From the IMG/VR virus record IMGVR_UViG_3300045988_118131: a stretch of DNA of 64,000 nt; one strand, given 5' to 3'. Shown piece after piece: positions 36,300 to 45,797 of this stretch. The notes under the pieces were generated by a model. That model was not told where the DNA came from. It was given only the letters and a program-made list of their open reading frames with translations, and searched no databases. Each line of letters begins with the position of its first letter. Positions within the stretch are counted from its first letter, which is position 1. Origin of the DNA: a virus. The translations under genes were made by a program, and so were the position numbers.

Positions 36300-36589
36300 T
36301 ACTTAAATTTATATACTCCGACCCCACTCAAAAAGATGTTTTTGAGCAACTTAAAAACCTACATAAGGATATAACCTGTGTAGGATACGATTATAACCAT
36401 TTTAAAGAGAAGAAAGATGCTTTTAAGGTAATGAATTTCTGCGGTACTAAACTAGTTCCATTTTGTGCCATCTATAATGACAAAAAGGAAGTAGTTAAAG
36501 CATTTTATTCAGAAGTTTCTGAATGTACGTTTAACAACATTAATAATTATTTAAATGATAAATTCTATTATAATTCAGCCAGTAATTAA
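36296..36589 (+). CDS. hypothetical protein
   Basis: ORF track. ATGA coupling to the helicase gene. Confidence 0.45.
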   Translation: MILKFIYSDPTQKDVFEQLKNLHKDITCVGYDYNHFKEKKDAFKVMNFCGTKLVPFCAIYNDKKEVVKAFYSEVSECTFNNINNYLNDKFYYNSASN

Positions 36590-36770
36590 ATTGGATACCT
36601 ATCCTTGTTTAAAATCGTATAATAAAATTATAGTACTATTCACAGATAACAATACAGGAACTTGCGTACATAGCGATGATCCAGATGTATGTGTTGGAGC
36701 ATATTCAGACGACTGGAGAGAATCTGAATTTATATCGTTTAATGGAAAAATTATATTAAAAAATGAATAA
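36555..36770 (+). CDS. hypothetical protein
   Basis: ORF track. Confidence 0.4.
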   Translation: MINSIIIQPVIKLDTYPCLKSYNKIIVLFTDNNTGTCVHSDDPDVCVGAYSDDWRESEFISFNGKIILKNE

Positions 36771-37479
36771 AGTACTTATACTTCCCGATATTCATGGGAG
36801 AACATTTTGGAAATACGCTTTAGAGCATATTGATGAATTTGATAAAGTAATCTTTCTTGGAGATTATCTTGATCCTTATCCACATGAGGAAATTACTTTT
36901 GATGAATCTGTAGAAAATTTTAAAGAAATTCTAGAATTTAAAAAGAATAATATAGACAAAGTTGAATTACTTATAGGTAATCACGATTGTCATTATATCT
37001 GGTTAGATTTTATGGATTGTAGTCGCCTAAATAGGTCTAGGAGAAAGGAAATGAATAAACTCTATAATGATAATTATGAGTTATTCAGGATAGCTTATCT
37101 ACTTAATGATAAATATTTATTCTCTCATGCTGGAGTATATAAAGAATGGCTAGCAGCAAACTCTATAGAATTAAATGATTTTCTTGATAAGCCTATTTCA
37201 TTTTGGAATGGGACTTACAATACATTTCTAGAGGACCTCAGCTATTACCGAGGAGGAAATAATCTAGCAGGAAGTATAGTGTGGGCTGATATAAGGGAGT
37301 CTCTAACTCAATCTCTTTTAGATGGTTATTATCAAATAGTTGGGCATACCCAAATGGAAGAGTTTCCATATCTTACTAATTCTATAGCCTGTCTGGATGT
37401 TAGGAGACCTTTTGTGTTAGATTTAGATAAAGAAATTATTACAAATATTAACGGAATAGAATATAAGATATATGATTAA
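36763..37479 (+). CDS. calcineurin-like metallophosphoesterase (Ser/Thr phosphatase-like)
   Basis: ILPDIHGR, LGDYLD, GNHD, SHAG, VGHT. Confidence 0.7.
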   Translation: MNKVLILPDIHGRTFWKYALEHIDEFDKVIFLGDYLDPYPHEEITFDESVENFKEILEFKKNNIDKVELLIGNHDCHYIWLDFMDCSRLNRSRRKEMNKLYNDNYELFRIAYLLNDKYLFSHAGVYKEWLAANSIELNDFLDKPISFWNGTYNTFLEDLSYYRGGNNLAGSIVWADIRESLTQSLLDGYYQIVGHTQMEEFPYLTNSIACLDVRRPFVLDLDKEIITNINGIEYKIYD

Positions 37480-37723
37480 ATGTACACCCAAGCCAGTAAA
37501 AAGAGGAGCTATTCAGTTTGGACCTCACAGTCTTGCAGAAATAATTGACATTATAGGACCTAATAATATAGACGATCATATGGGTCAATCCTTAGTAAAT
37601 ACTAGAAGACATGGATGGCAAAACGTTAATTATGGAGACTACTTGGTATTCGATGAAAATAATAGATTGTTAAAAGTACTAAGAGCAGATGATTTTAAAA
37701 ATAATTACTTAATACAAGAATAA
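37472..37723 (+). CDS. hypothetical protein
   Basis: ORF track. Confidence 0.45.
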   Translation: MIKCTPKPVKRGAIQFGPHSLAEIIDIIGPNNIDDHMGQSLVNTRRHGWQNVNYGDYLVFDENNRLLKVLRADDFKNNYLIQE

Positions 37724-37724
37724 T

Positions 37725-38267
37725 ATGAAAAAGGTTCCAGTTTACGTTTACAATCAATCTAGTAATAAACTTCCGGCTTACGAAACAACATTAGCAGCAG
37801 GAATGGATGTAAGAGCAGATTTTTCTAGAATTACAGAAACTAATTTATTGAAAACAAAAGGTGAATGTGAGTTCATCTTTGAAGCAGGTGTAGAAGATAT
37901 GGAACACGATCATCCAGCTATGCTAAAATTAGGAGCTGGGTCTAGAGCTCTAATTCCCACTGGTTTGTTTGTAGCTATACCTGAGGGTTTTGAAATTCAG
38001 GTAAGACCTAGAAGTGGCTGGGCGATTAAACATGGTATTACTGTATTAAATACTCCAGGCACAGTTGATGCTGATTACAGAAATGAGATTGGAGTTATTT
38101 TGATTAATAACGGTCTTGAACCTGTGTGGATAGAAGACGGAGAACGTATTGCTCAGTTAGTATTAAATGTAGTTCCTCAGATTGAATGGGTTCCAGTAGA
38201 TGATAAAGACAAATTAGGAAAAACAGACCGTACTGGAGGTTTTGGCTCCACAAATACTAGAAAATAA
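37725..38267 (+). CDS. dut: dUTP diphosphatase (trimeric dUTPase)
   Basis: AGMDVRA, RPRSG, GTVDADYRNEIGVILIN, GERIAQLV and C-terminal RTGGFGSTN. Confidence 0.85.
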   Translation: MKKVPVYVYNQSSNKLPAYETTLAAGMDVRADFSRITETNLLKTKGECEFIFEAGVEDMEHDHPAMLKLGAGSRALIPTGLFVAIPEGFEIQVRPRSGWAIKHGITVLNTPGTVDADYRNEIGVILINNGLEPVWIEDGERIAQLVLNVVPQIEWVPVDDKDKLGKTDRTGGFGSTNTRK

Positions 38268-38686
38268 TGAACACAGTTGTATTCTCAGAAGTTAAGGCAG
38301 CTTGTTTAGCAGTATCTACATTAAGCACTCAATTAGAAGAGATAATAAAAAATAAGTTAAAAGAAGTATTAGGTAAATACTATAAAGATTCAGAACGAAG
38401 TTACTTCGTTAGAGGAGTAAATACAAAACAATACACATTGTTATTGGAATGTGTATATAACAATCACTTTAGAGGAAGGATTGTATATAATGAGCACTAC
38501 GAGGAAATGTCCCTAGAAAGTTTCTTCACTAATGCTAATCTTACTGAGTCTACAGCAATGGAGCATATAATAGCTAAAAAAGCCTCTTTTAAAAATATTG
38601 GAACGTATTATAATATGGAACTTATCGACCTTAACATAGAGGACTTTTTTAATAAACATAATATCTCAGACTACATTTTGGTATGA
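38267..38686 (+). CDS. hypothetical protein
   Basis: ORF track. Confidence 0.5.
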   Translation: MNTVVFSEVKAACLAVSTLSTQLEEIIKNKLKEVLGKYYKDSERSYFVRGVNTKQYTLLLECVYNNHFRGRIVYNEHYEEMSLESFFTNANLTESTAMEHIIAKKASFKNIGTYYNMELIDLNIEDFFNKHNISDYILV

Positions 38687-38916
38687 TTAGGAAAAACCCG
38701 AAAGAAACAAGCCCAAAGGAGCCTATCAAAACTGTACCTGTTTTAGAAATAGAAGATATAGAGTATGTAGAAATAGAAAGCAATTTATATGCTTATGTTG
38801 CGTATAACGCAAATGGACCACTATATATTTCTACTAATATTGAGTCTATAAAAGAATACTCTAAGAGAACTAAAGCTAAAGATGTTAAGTATAAGAAAAT
38901 TAAATTTAAACTATGA
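38683..38916 (+). CDS. hypothetical protein
   Basis: ORF track. ATGA coupling at both ends. Confidence 0.45.
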   Translation: MIRKNPKETSPKEPIKTVPVLEIEDIEYVEIESNLYAYVAYNANGPLYISTNIESIKEYSKRTKAKDVKYKKIKFKL

Positions 38917-40118
38917 ACCAAGACTATTTAATATCTAAGGATAGTAAAGGAAAAATAAGAGTAGTAAACATATCTTATGATTGGGATAAAGACTTAAATG
39001 GATATGTTATTAGAAGATTTACAAGTCAGTATGGAGGAAAGATTACTACTCAACCTATAATTCTTGTAGATAAAGGTAAAGGAATTGGAAAAGCCAGAAG
39101 AACAGTATCAGAACAAGCTAAATTAGAGTACGATTCTAGGGTAAATAAATATATGGATAAGGGATATAAAAAACTCCCTAAATCCATAGATTTGTATACA
39201 AAGGAGGAGTTAGACGCTTTGTTACCGGAAGAAACTACTGACTCTGAGGGAAACTTAAAACCTATGCTAGCAAAGGACTTTCACGATGTAGCTACATCTG
39301 TCTTAGAAAAACAATGGTGGTATGCTAGTAGAAAAATTGACGGAGTTAGGTGTTTAATGTTTGTAAAAGACGGAGAAATACATACTTCTTCAAGAGGAGG
39401 TAAAAATTATGATGCCTCAACATATCATATTACTTGTAATCCTGAACTTAAGAGATTTATGTTGGATAATCCGACACTCATTTTAGATGGTGAATTATAT
39501 ATTCACGGATATTCTTTACAGACATTAAGTGGATTAGCTAGACTAAAGAAGGAAACAGACAAATGTGACGAGCTTCAATATTATATATATGATATAGTAG
39601 ATACTAGTAAAACATTTGAAGAGCGTCTTGAGGTTCTTGACCATATAAAGGATGAACTCCAACTTGATTTTGATCCTAATAAAACATTTGAAAATGGAGA
39701 TTTACAAATTCAAATGGTTCCTCATATTAAAGTAGAAGGCTGGGTTCAAATAAAGAAAATTCATGATTCCTATGTAAAAGAAGGATTTGAAGGAGCAGTT
39801 ATAAGACGTCCGGACAAAAAGTATGGAGTCAATAAACGAACCAATGATATGGTTAAGGTAAAAGAGTATCAAGATGGAGAATTTAAAATTATTGGATTCT
39901 CTGAAGGGCTCAGACCAGAAGATATGGTATTCGTCTGTGTAACTGAAGATGGAAAAGAGTTTGAAGCAAAGCCTATTGGTCCTAGAGAGTTGAAGCATGA
40001 ATATTTAGAAAGAATGAGTGAGATTGTTGGTAAAATGGCAACTGTAAAATACTTCAGTTTTTCTGACGGAGGAACTCCGACACAACCAGTACTAAAATGT
40101 ATAAGGGATTATGAGTAA
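38913..40118 (+). CDS. lig: ATP-dependent DNA ligase
   Basis: Motif I SRKIDGVR, motif III LDGELY, motif IV EGAVIR, motif V MVKVKE, plus an OB-fold-sized C-terminus. Confidence 0.75.
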   Translation: MNQDYLISKDSKGKIRVVNISYDWDKDLNGYVIRRFTSQYGGKITTQPIILVDKGKGIGKARRTVSEQAKLEYDSRVNKYMDKGYKKLPKSIDLYTKEELDALLPEETTDSEGNLKPMLAKDFHDVATSVLEKQWWYASRKIDGVRCLMFVKDGEIHTSSRGGKNYDASTYHITCNPELKRFMLDNPTLILDGELYIHGYSLQTLSGLARLKKETDKCDELQYYIYDIVDTSKTFEERLEVLDHIKDELQLDFDPNKTFENGDLQIQMVPHIKVEGWVQIKKIHDSYVKEGFEGAVIRRPDKKYGVNKRTNDMVKVKEYQDGEFKIIGFSEGLRPEDMVFVCVTEDGKEFEAKPIGPRELKHEYLERMSEIVGKMATVKYFSFSDGGTPTQPVLKCIRDYE

Positions 40119-40296
40119 AATAAAATGTGCTATTGATGTATCAAACAAGTTAGCTGAATATGTAGTCACAGCTACTGATAAATGCCTTAAGCTTGATGAA
40201 CAAGAGTACATGCATGACAGTTTGTTTGAAAAGTTATTTGAAATATTCAGGAATTACGATAGTAAGACTTTAGAAACACTTAATAAAAATTTATAA
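40111..40296 (+). CDS. hypothetical protein
   Basis: ORF track. Confidence 0.4.
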   Translation: MSKIKCAIDVSNKLAEYVVTATDKCLKLDEQEYMHDSLFEKLFEIFRNYDSKTLETLNKNL

Positions 40297-40556
40297 TGGA
40301 CAGTTTAGTTGGAAAATATTTTGACTTCGGTCAAGCTCTGGAATTTCTCAAGCAAGGTATTTCAGTGACCAATGAGTTATACAATGACAAATTTAGGTTC
40401 GAACTAATAGATGGAATTGTATATCTCACGAATTATGTTAGTGAATTTGGAAATGAATTTTTTGATGTTGATGGAGAACATGCTTATTTAGAAGAATTAG
40501 ATTCAATAAGTATGGAGGACATCATGAATGAACGTTGGTATATTTATGAATCTTAA
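40296..40556 (+). CDS. hypothetical protein
   Basis: ORF track. Confidence 0.45.
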   Translation: MDSLVGKYFDFGQALEFLKQGISVTNELYNDKFRFELIDGIVYLTNYVSEFGNEFFDVDGEHAYLEELDSISMEDIMNERWYIYES

Positions 40557-41217
40557 GTTTAGAAAGTATAGTCATGGAGGAAGCTACTCTGAAGAGGAGT
40601 TGCTCCTTCCAGACAATACTACCTTGTCTACTATTAATATTATTTACGGTAGCTATAGAGTATATAAAGAGGGCGATATAGAAGAGTGGACTAAAGATTA
40701 TATTATAACGTGTGAGTTTTCTAAGGAAGTAAAAGCTCGTCTAGAGGAATCCTATGCAGAAATATTATTTTATACTGATAATACTATAGTTGCAATATTG
40801 TCAGAAGTTCACATTACAAGTAATTTCGAAACAATTCCTTTAAGTAATTTGAATAATATTTTAGATGGGCTATTCTTCGAACTTCAAGAAGACAATGACA
40901 TAGAATTATCAAAGTTATACAGGGAGTGTGATATAGAAACATACGTTAAGGAAGCTAACACATACCTGAATATAGTTATGGAAATTCTTAGACCTATGAA
41001 GTTTACTGAAAACGGTATATTAATGTCCAGAGTATGTTTCTATACATCATTCTATTTTGAGGACTTTCCTAGAATAGAAATAGATACCCTTCCATATAAA
41101 GCTCTTAGAAGGCTTAAAATATCTAAAAAGGAAAACATAAAAGAAATTTATCAAAAGAGAGTAAACAAAATATATGACGAAGTTTCTCTAATTGATAGTT
41201 ATACTCAAACAAATTAA
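40528..41217 (+). CDS. hypothetical protein
   Basis: ORF track. An alternative ATG is at 40546. Confidence 0.5.
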   Translation: MNVGIFMNLKFRKYSHGGSYSEEELLLPDNTTLSTINIIYGSYRVYKEGDIEEWTKDYIITCEFSKEVKARLEESYAEILFYTDNTIVAILSEVHITSNFETIPLSNLNNILDGLFFELQEDNDIELSKLYRECDIETYVKEANTYLNIVMEILRPMKFTENGILMSRVCFYTSFYFEDFPRIEIDTLPYKALRRLKISKKENIKEIYQKRVNKIYDEVSLIDSYTQTN

Positions 41218-41231
41218 AAATAATATAGAAA

Positions 41232-42593
41232 ATGAATATTTCAAGAAGCGACAAATTCAATCAAAATTATGCTTGTAAAATTGTTGAATTAAATGAGTTC
41301 AGACCCCATTGTAATCCAGAAGTGACTAGGTTAAAAGTCGCCAGAGTAGATGGATTTGACATTATAGTCGGAATTGATACGGAGAAAGGGCTATATATTT
41401 ATTTTCCTGTAGGATGCGCAATAGATCCAGAGTTTTTAAAATTAAATAATTTGTTTAGAGACAAAGATAAGAACTCTGACCCAGAAGCAAAACCTGGATT
41501 CTTTGAAGATAATGGACGAGTAAAAGCAATTATGCTTAGAAAGGAGAAAAGTCAAGGATTTATTATTCCTATATCATCTTTAAATGGTTACATATCAAGC
41601 AGTTTAGAAATACAGAAAAGTGATATTGGAGTAGACTTCGACGTTATTGATGGTAAGCAAATTTGTAAGAAGTATATCGTTAAAATAGCAAGAACTCCTG
41701 GAGCTCCTGGAAGTGCTAAATCTAGAAAAGGTAAAACTCCAACTATTGACTTAGTGGAAGATCAGTTTAGATTCCATGTTGATACAATTCTCTTAAGAAA
41801 AGTTCCAAATGTAATTAAACCAGACTCTTTAATTAGTATTACTTCTAAATGGCATGGAACTAGTGGTATTTCAGCTAATTTGTTACAGAAAATTCCTATT
41901 AAAGAAAATTTCTTTAAAAAGATTAGTAGAAAGTGGTTTACTAACAATCCTGAACCATATAAAGAAGAATATCGAGACTTATGTTCTTCTAGAACTGTAA
42001 TTAAATGTCCTGGAGTGGGAGGCGGATATTATGGGGTAGATATTTGGAATATTGCTCATGAAGTTATTAAACCTCATCTATCAAAGGGTTTAACAGTATA
42101 TTACGAAATTGTAGGGTTTCTTCCAACTGGAGGATATATTCAGAAAGGGTATGATTATGGATATGTTCCTCCAAAATCAGGAGAATCTTTCGAGTATGGA
42201 AAGCACTTCGGTATTAGAGTGTATCGCGTAACCTATACCAACGTGTCTGGCTCAGTCTTTGAATTTTCAGCTAGACAAGTACAACAATGGTGTGAGAGAA
42301 ATTCATTAGATCCAGTGATTCAGTTATACTATGGATATGCTAAAGATTTATATCCTAGTCTAGATCCTGCTAATCATTGGAATGAGAACTTTATTGAGGC
42401 TCTAGCTAATGATAAAAGGTTCTATATGGAATTAGACAGCCCTGATTGTATTAACAATGTGCCACACGAAGGAATTGTAGTGCGAAACGAAACTTTAAAC
42501 ATTGATGTCTATAAACTCAAATGCTTTAGATTCTTGAAAAAGGAAGATGAAGCTATGGACAGGGGTGAGGTAGACATAGAAACTGAATCATAA
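41232..42593 (+). CDS. RNA ligase-like nucleotidyltransferase (Rnl2-type motif I)
   Basis: TSKWHGTSG resembles the T4 Rnl2 motif KIHGTN. Followed by YYEIVGF, HEGIVVR and VYKLKC, in the order of ligase motifs III, IV and V. Confidence 0.55.
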   Translation: MNISRSDKFNQNYACKIVELNEFRPHCNPEVTRLKVARVDGFDIIVGIDTEKGLYIYFPVGCAIDPEFLKLNNLFRDKDKNSDPEAKPGFFEDNGRVKAIMLRKEKSQGFIIPISSLNGYISSSLEIQKSDIGVDFDVIDGKQICKKYIVKIARTPGAPGSAKSRKGKTPTIDLVEDQFRFHVDTILLRKVPNVIKPDSLISITSKWHGTSGISANLLQKIPIKENFFKKISRKWFTNNPEPYKEEYRDLCSSRTVIKCPGVGGGYYGVDIWNIAHEVIKPHLSKGLTVYYEIVGFLPTGGYIQKGYDYGYVPPKSGESFEYGKHFGIRVYRVTYTNVSGSVFEFSARQVQQWCERNSLDPVIQLYYGYAKDLYPSLDPANHWNENFIEALANDKRFYMELDSPDCINNVPHEGIVVRNETLNIDVYKLKCFRFLKKEDEAMDRGEVDIETES

Positions 42594-42594
42594 A

Positions 42595-42843
42595 GTGAAA
42601 TTTAAGCTTGAGTATATAATGGAAGTGGATGATTTCGAACTGTTGGAATTAGTTAATGACTATCAAGAGCGTTGCGAGGTATCCACTTTCAATACATTAG
42701 ACGACATTCCAGAGGCTTTAATGATAGAAGCCTTATATGAAGCTAATTACATAGAAGATGAGATTAATGATTATATGATGGTAGAAGACATTAGTATTTC
42801 TAAACTCGCTATTGAAGAGTTCAAAGGCGACGACAAAGAGTAG
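42595..42843 (+). CDS. hypothetical acidic protein
   Basis: ORF track (GTG start). An in-frame ATG is at 42619. Confidence 0.4.
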   Translation: MKFKLEYIMEVDDFELLELVNDYQERCEVSTFNTLDDIPEALMIEALYEANYIEDEINDYMMVEDISISKLAIEEFKGDDKE

Positions 42844-42865
42844 GAAGAGTATAGAGGAGAAATTT

Positions 42866-43258
42866 ATGGAAAAGACAACTAAAAATTTGAATGATTTATT
42901 ATCGCAATTTCTATCACTCAGAAACGAAGTTTCCGAAATTGCAGATAAAACTGCTGATGCTGTATTTGATTCTGTTGAGTCTGGAGACATAACTAAAGAG
43001 GAAGCGCTAACCATACTGACAGATAATAAGCTATTACCTGTAGCAAATTGGATATGTCTTCCTGATTTTATGGATGACTATGATTATTTTAGTAGATATT
43101 CAACTATCTATTATATGGATTATATGTATCCACAGAATTTTGGGAATCATGAATATGCTAGTTGGTCTGAAATGTCTTACGAAGAAGGTATTAATGAATT
43201 ATATGACTTCGTTGAAGGGAATAGAGTAATTGGTTGTATATATGATTGGCGATTTTAA
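42866..43258 (+). CDS. hypothetical protein
   Basis: ORF track 42812..43258. ATG 42866 is preferred because it avoids overlap with the previous ORF. Confidence 0.5.
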   Translation: MEKTTKNLNDLLSQFLSLRNEVSEIADKTADAVFDSVESGDITKEEALTILTDNKLLPVANWICLPDFMDDYDYFSRYSTIYYMDYMYPQNFGNHEYASWSEMSYEEGINELYDFVEGNRVIGCIYDWRF

Positions 43259-43376
43259 GTTTTATGAAGTAGGTGGTAAGATACGTGATGAACTCCTAGG
43301 TCTTACTAATAAGAGCCAAACTAATGAAAATATTGTAAACTTATTAAATAATTTACTACTAAATGGAAAAATATAA
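43242..43376 (+). pseudogene. 44-codon remnant resembling the N-terminus of a CCA-adding tRNA nucleotidyltransferase
   Basis: MIGDFKFYEVGGKIRDELLGL matches the conserved xYxVGGxVRDxLLG head motif. The ORF stops before the catalytic DxD. Confidence 0.35.
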
Positions 43377-43713
43377 AGTTCCAACTGATTATGAACTTGA
43401 TGGGTTAGCAGAAGATTTTGTGTGCTCTACAAATGATGATGAACTCCCTATAAAAGAGGAGATCTTAACTGAAGAATGTTTAAGGGAATTCCTTAAAGAC
43501 AGAGGTTATGCGTTTGTAAAAGAGCAAATGAGTGACTTTATAGGTTATATACTGCTTAGCTCTGATGCCGCTTATAAACAGATAAGGGATAATGCAATTA
43601 GTGAGTTTAGAGAATCATTAAACCGAGCTATTTCAGATGCGAGTTGGGTGTTATGTGATGAGGACAAATTGAAGATTATGATTGAAGTAGCTAGTGAGTT
43701 TTGTTATACATAA
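43363..43713 (+). CDS. hypothetical protein
   Basis: ORF track. Confidence 0.5.
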   Translation: MEKYKVPTDYELDGLAEDFVCSTNDDELPIKEEILTEECLREFLKDRGYAFVKEQMSDFIGYILLSSDAAYKQIRDNAISEFRESLNRAISDASWVLCDEDKLKIMIEVASEFCYT

Positions 43714-43952
43714 TGGAGAACGACATTGATACTAACGAATATTATGCTTCTTATCATGTAAAAGGATGGTTTGATTGTTGCTGGGTAATTCCAAAAATAA
43801 GGCTTCCGAAGCATATAGGCAGAGGGTATCTCAGTGGAATGATAGATAATAACGAAATTAAGGGCATAATAAAAGAAAGCAACTGGGCTAAATATAGCTC
43901 AGTAGATATTGACGATATAGAAATATTAAATGTATATAAAAGGAAAATATGA
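43713..43952 (+). CDS. hypothetical protein
   Basis: ORF track 43701..43952 (TTG). ATG 43713 overlaps the upstream TAA. Confidence 0.45.
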   Translation: MENDIDTNEYYASYHVKGWFDCCWVIPKIRLPKHIGRGYLSGMIDNNEIKGIIKESNWAKYSSVDIDDIEILNVYKRKI

Positions 43953-44425
43953 AATTAGAAAATCTTGATGATAATATTAAAAAGTTATTTTTCTCTCTCA
44001 TATATGAAACTCCAGCTGTTATAACGAACCATTGTAGTCTAATTTATAATGTAGGTGGAGAATTGGTTAAGATATGGTGGACAATAAAGAGAGAAAGTCA
44101 TTTAAAATCCCAGTCATGTGACTTATATGGCAAACATCCTTTTAATAGAACAAAAGTGGTTCCTATGGGATGGCTTGGTAATACATGGAGTATTGACAAT
44201 AGCCCAGAATTGGATGGATATACATTCTATATAGATACCCCTATATGCCAATTCAGAGTTCCAGAACTATCAAGGCAAGAGTTAGTTGATATTCAGGAAC
44301 AAATTGAATATCATTTTGAGAAGTTTATTCCTAATTACCTTAAAAAGTTAATAGATACTCCTACTTGTGATTATGGGGAAGTAATACCCAAAAATAGATA
44401 TAATGATTGGGAGGTTAAGAAATGA
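43949..44425 (+). CDS. hypothetical protein
   Basis: ORF track. ATGA coupling. Confidence 0.5.
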   Translation: MKLENLDDNIKKLFFSLIYETPAVITNHCSLIYNVGGELVKIWWTIKRESHLKSQSCDLYGKHPFNRTKVVPMGWLGNTWSIDNSPELDGYTFYIDTPICQFRVPELSRQELVDIQEQIEYHFEKFIPNYLKKLIDTPTCDYGEVIPKNRYNDWEVKK

Positions 44426-44679
44426 TCATAGAGTATTACAAAGAAATGAGCTATGAAATTGATATACCTAAATTAACAAAGGTATTTCGAGATGATATAG
44501 GAGTAGAAAAATTCAATTCTGAAGACGTTGATGATTTGATAACTTATTTTGGAGATAATACATTATATTACCTGGAAAAATATGGGTTTAATGACACTGA
44601 TTGTCTAGAAGATTATACTCTTGATCTTATAACTGAAGAGGTTTATAAAATACTAAAATTATGGAAGCAAGAAAATTAA
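44422..44679 (+). CDS. hypothetical acidic protein
   Basis: ORF track. Confidence 0.45.
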   Translation: MIIEYYKEMSYEIDIPKLTKVFRDDIGVEKFNSEDVDDLITYFGDNTLYYLEKYGFNDTDCLEDYTLDLITEEVYKILKLWKQEN

Positions 44680-45596
44680 TTATTTGTAGAGGTATTCAAG
44701 GATCCGGTAAGTCAACTTGGGCCAAACAGTGGTGTCATGAAGACCCAGAGCATAGAATTAGGTTTAATAACGATGATATTCGTAATATGTTAGGAGACTA
44801 TTGGGTCCCTAGTAGGGAGAAGGTTGTTACCTCAACTTATCATACTGTGCTAGCTTATAGTATGGGAGAGGGTTATGATATTGTAGTTGATAACATGAAT
44901 CTTAACCCTAAAACTTGTGCTGAGTTAGAGAAAATAGTTAAAGACTTTAACGAGAATTATACCTACGATTGGAAGTATAAAGTTGAATACAAAGACTTTT
45001 TTATTCCAGTTGAAGAGTGTATTCGTCGTGATGCTATGAGACCTAATCCTATCGGAGAGAAAGTTATTCGCGACACTTGGAAAAGGTATAGAAATCTTGT
45101 CATTCATGAAGAAGTAATGAAGGTAGTAGACAACATGAACAAGATGGAGGATTCGTATAGCCATAATAAAGAAAATGCCATTATAGTAGATATGGACTCT
45201 ACTCTTTGTTTCAATACTACTAAAAGACCTTTCTGGGGAGACGGTGCAGCAGAAGGTATGCTAACTGATATTCCAAATAAGCCTATATGTGACTTAGTTC
45301 AAATTATGCATATGCAAAACTTTAAGATACTTATTGTAACAGGAAGAGAAGGTGCTCCAGATATTATGGAAGCTACTAAAACTTGGCTAAAAGATCACTA
45401 TATTCCTTATGATGATATATTCTTTAGACCATATAAAGATTACAGCAAGGGTGCTCCAACTAAAGAGAAAATCTATAAGGAAAAAATCGAATCTAATTAC
45501 AATGTATGGTTTGTACTAGACGATAACTATAAATGTGTGCAAATGTATAGAGATTTAGGTTTAACTGTGTTACAACCTAATGAAGGAAAATTTTAA
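44661..45596 (+). CDS. pnk: polynucleotide 5'-kinase/3'-phosphatase (T4 Pnkp-like)
   Basis: N-terminal kinase P-loop CRGIQGSGKSTWAKQW. C-terminal HAD phosphatase motifs AIIVDMDSTL, VTGRE and VLDDN. Confidence 0.8.
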   Translation: MEARKLIICRGIQGSGKSTWAKQWCHEDPEHRIRFNNDDIRNMLGDYWVPSREKVVTSTYHTVLAYSMGEGYDIVVDNMNLNPKTCAELEKIVKDFNENYTYDWKYKVEYKDFFIPVEECIRRDAMRPNPIGEKVIRDTWKRYRNLVIHEEVMKVVDNMNKMEDSYSHNKENAIIVDMDSTLCFNTTKRPFWGDGAAEGMLTDIPNKPICDLVQIMHMQNFKILIVTGREGAPDIMEATKTWLKDHYIPYDDIFFRPYKDYSKGAPTKEKIYKEKIESNYNVWFVLDDNYKCVQMYRDLGLTVLQPNEGKF

Positions 45597-45618
45597 TTTA
45601 TGATTACATTAAGTGAAG

Positions 45619-45792
45619 ATGATGTTAGTGGGACAACTGATTGAAATACTGAAACAATTTGATTTTGATAGAGAGGTTAGAATACACACTCTTCAAGGTG
45701 AAAATGTAGAAGTAAATGGATATTTTATACAGAAGGATCTGAATGATCCTTCATTTTATTTAACGGATTTAGACGTAATGCCTAGAGAATAG
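45619..45792 (+). CDS. small protein (57 aa)
   Basis: ATG 45619 to TAG 45790-45792, below the track cutoff. Fills the gap. Confidence 0.35.
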   Translation: MMLVGQLIEILKQFDFDREVRIHTLQGENVEVNGYFIQKDLNDPSFYLTDLDVMPRE

Positions 45793-45797
45793 AACAA

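Noticed and set aside
45600-45792. A second TGA-containing gene. ATG 45600 opens a frame with several in-frame TGAs.
   Set aside because: That frame also contains a TAG. An alternative frame from ATG 45619 gives a clean 57-aa ORF with no internal stops, so no recoding needs to be invoked here.
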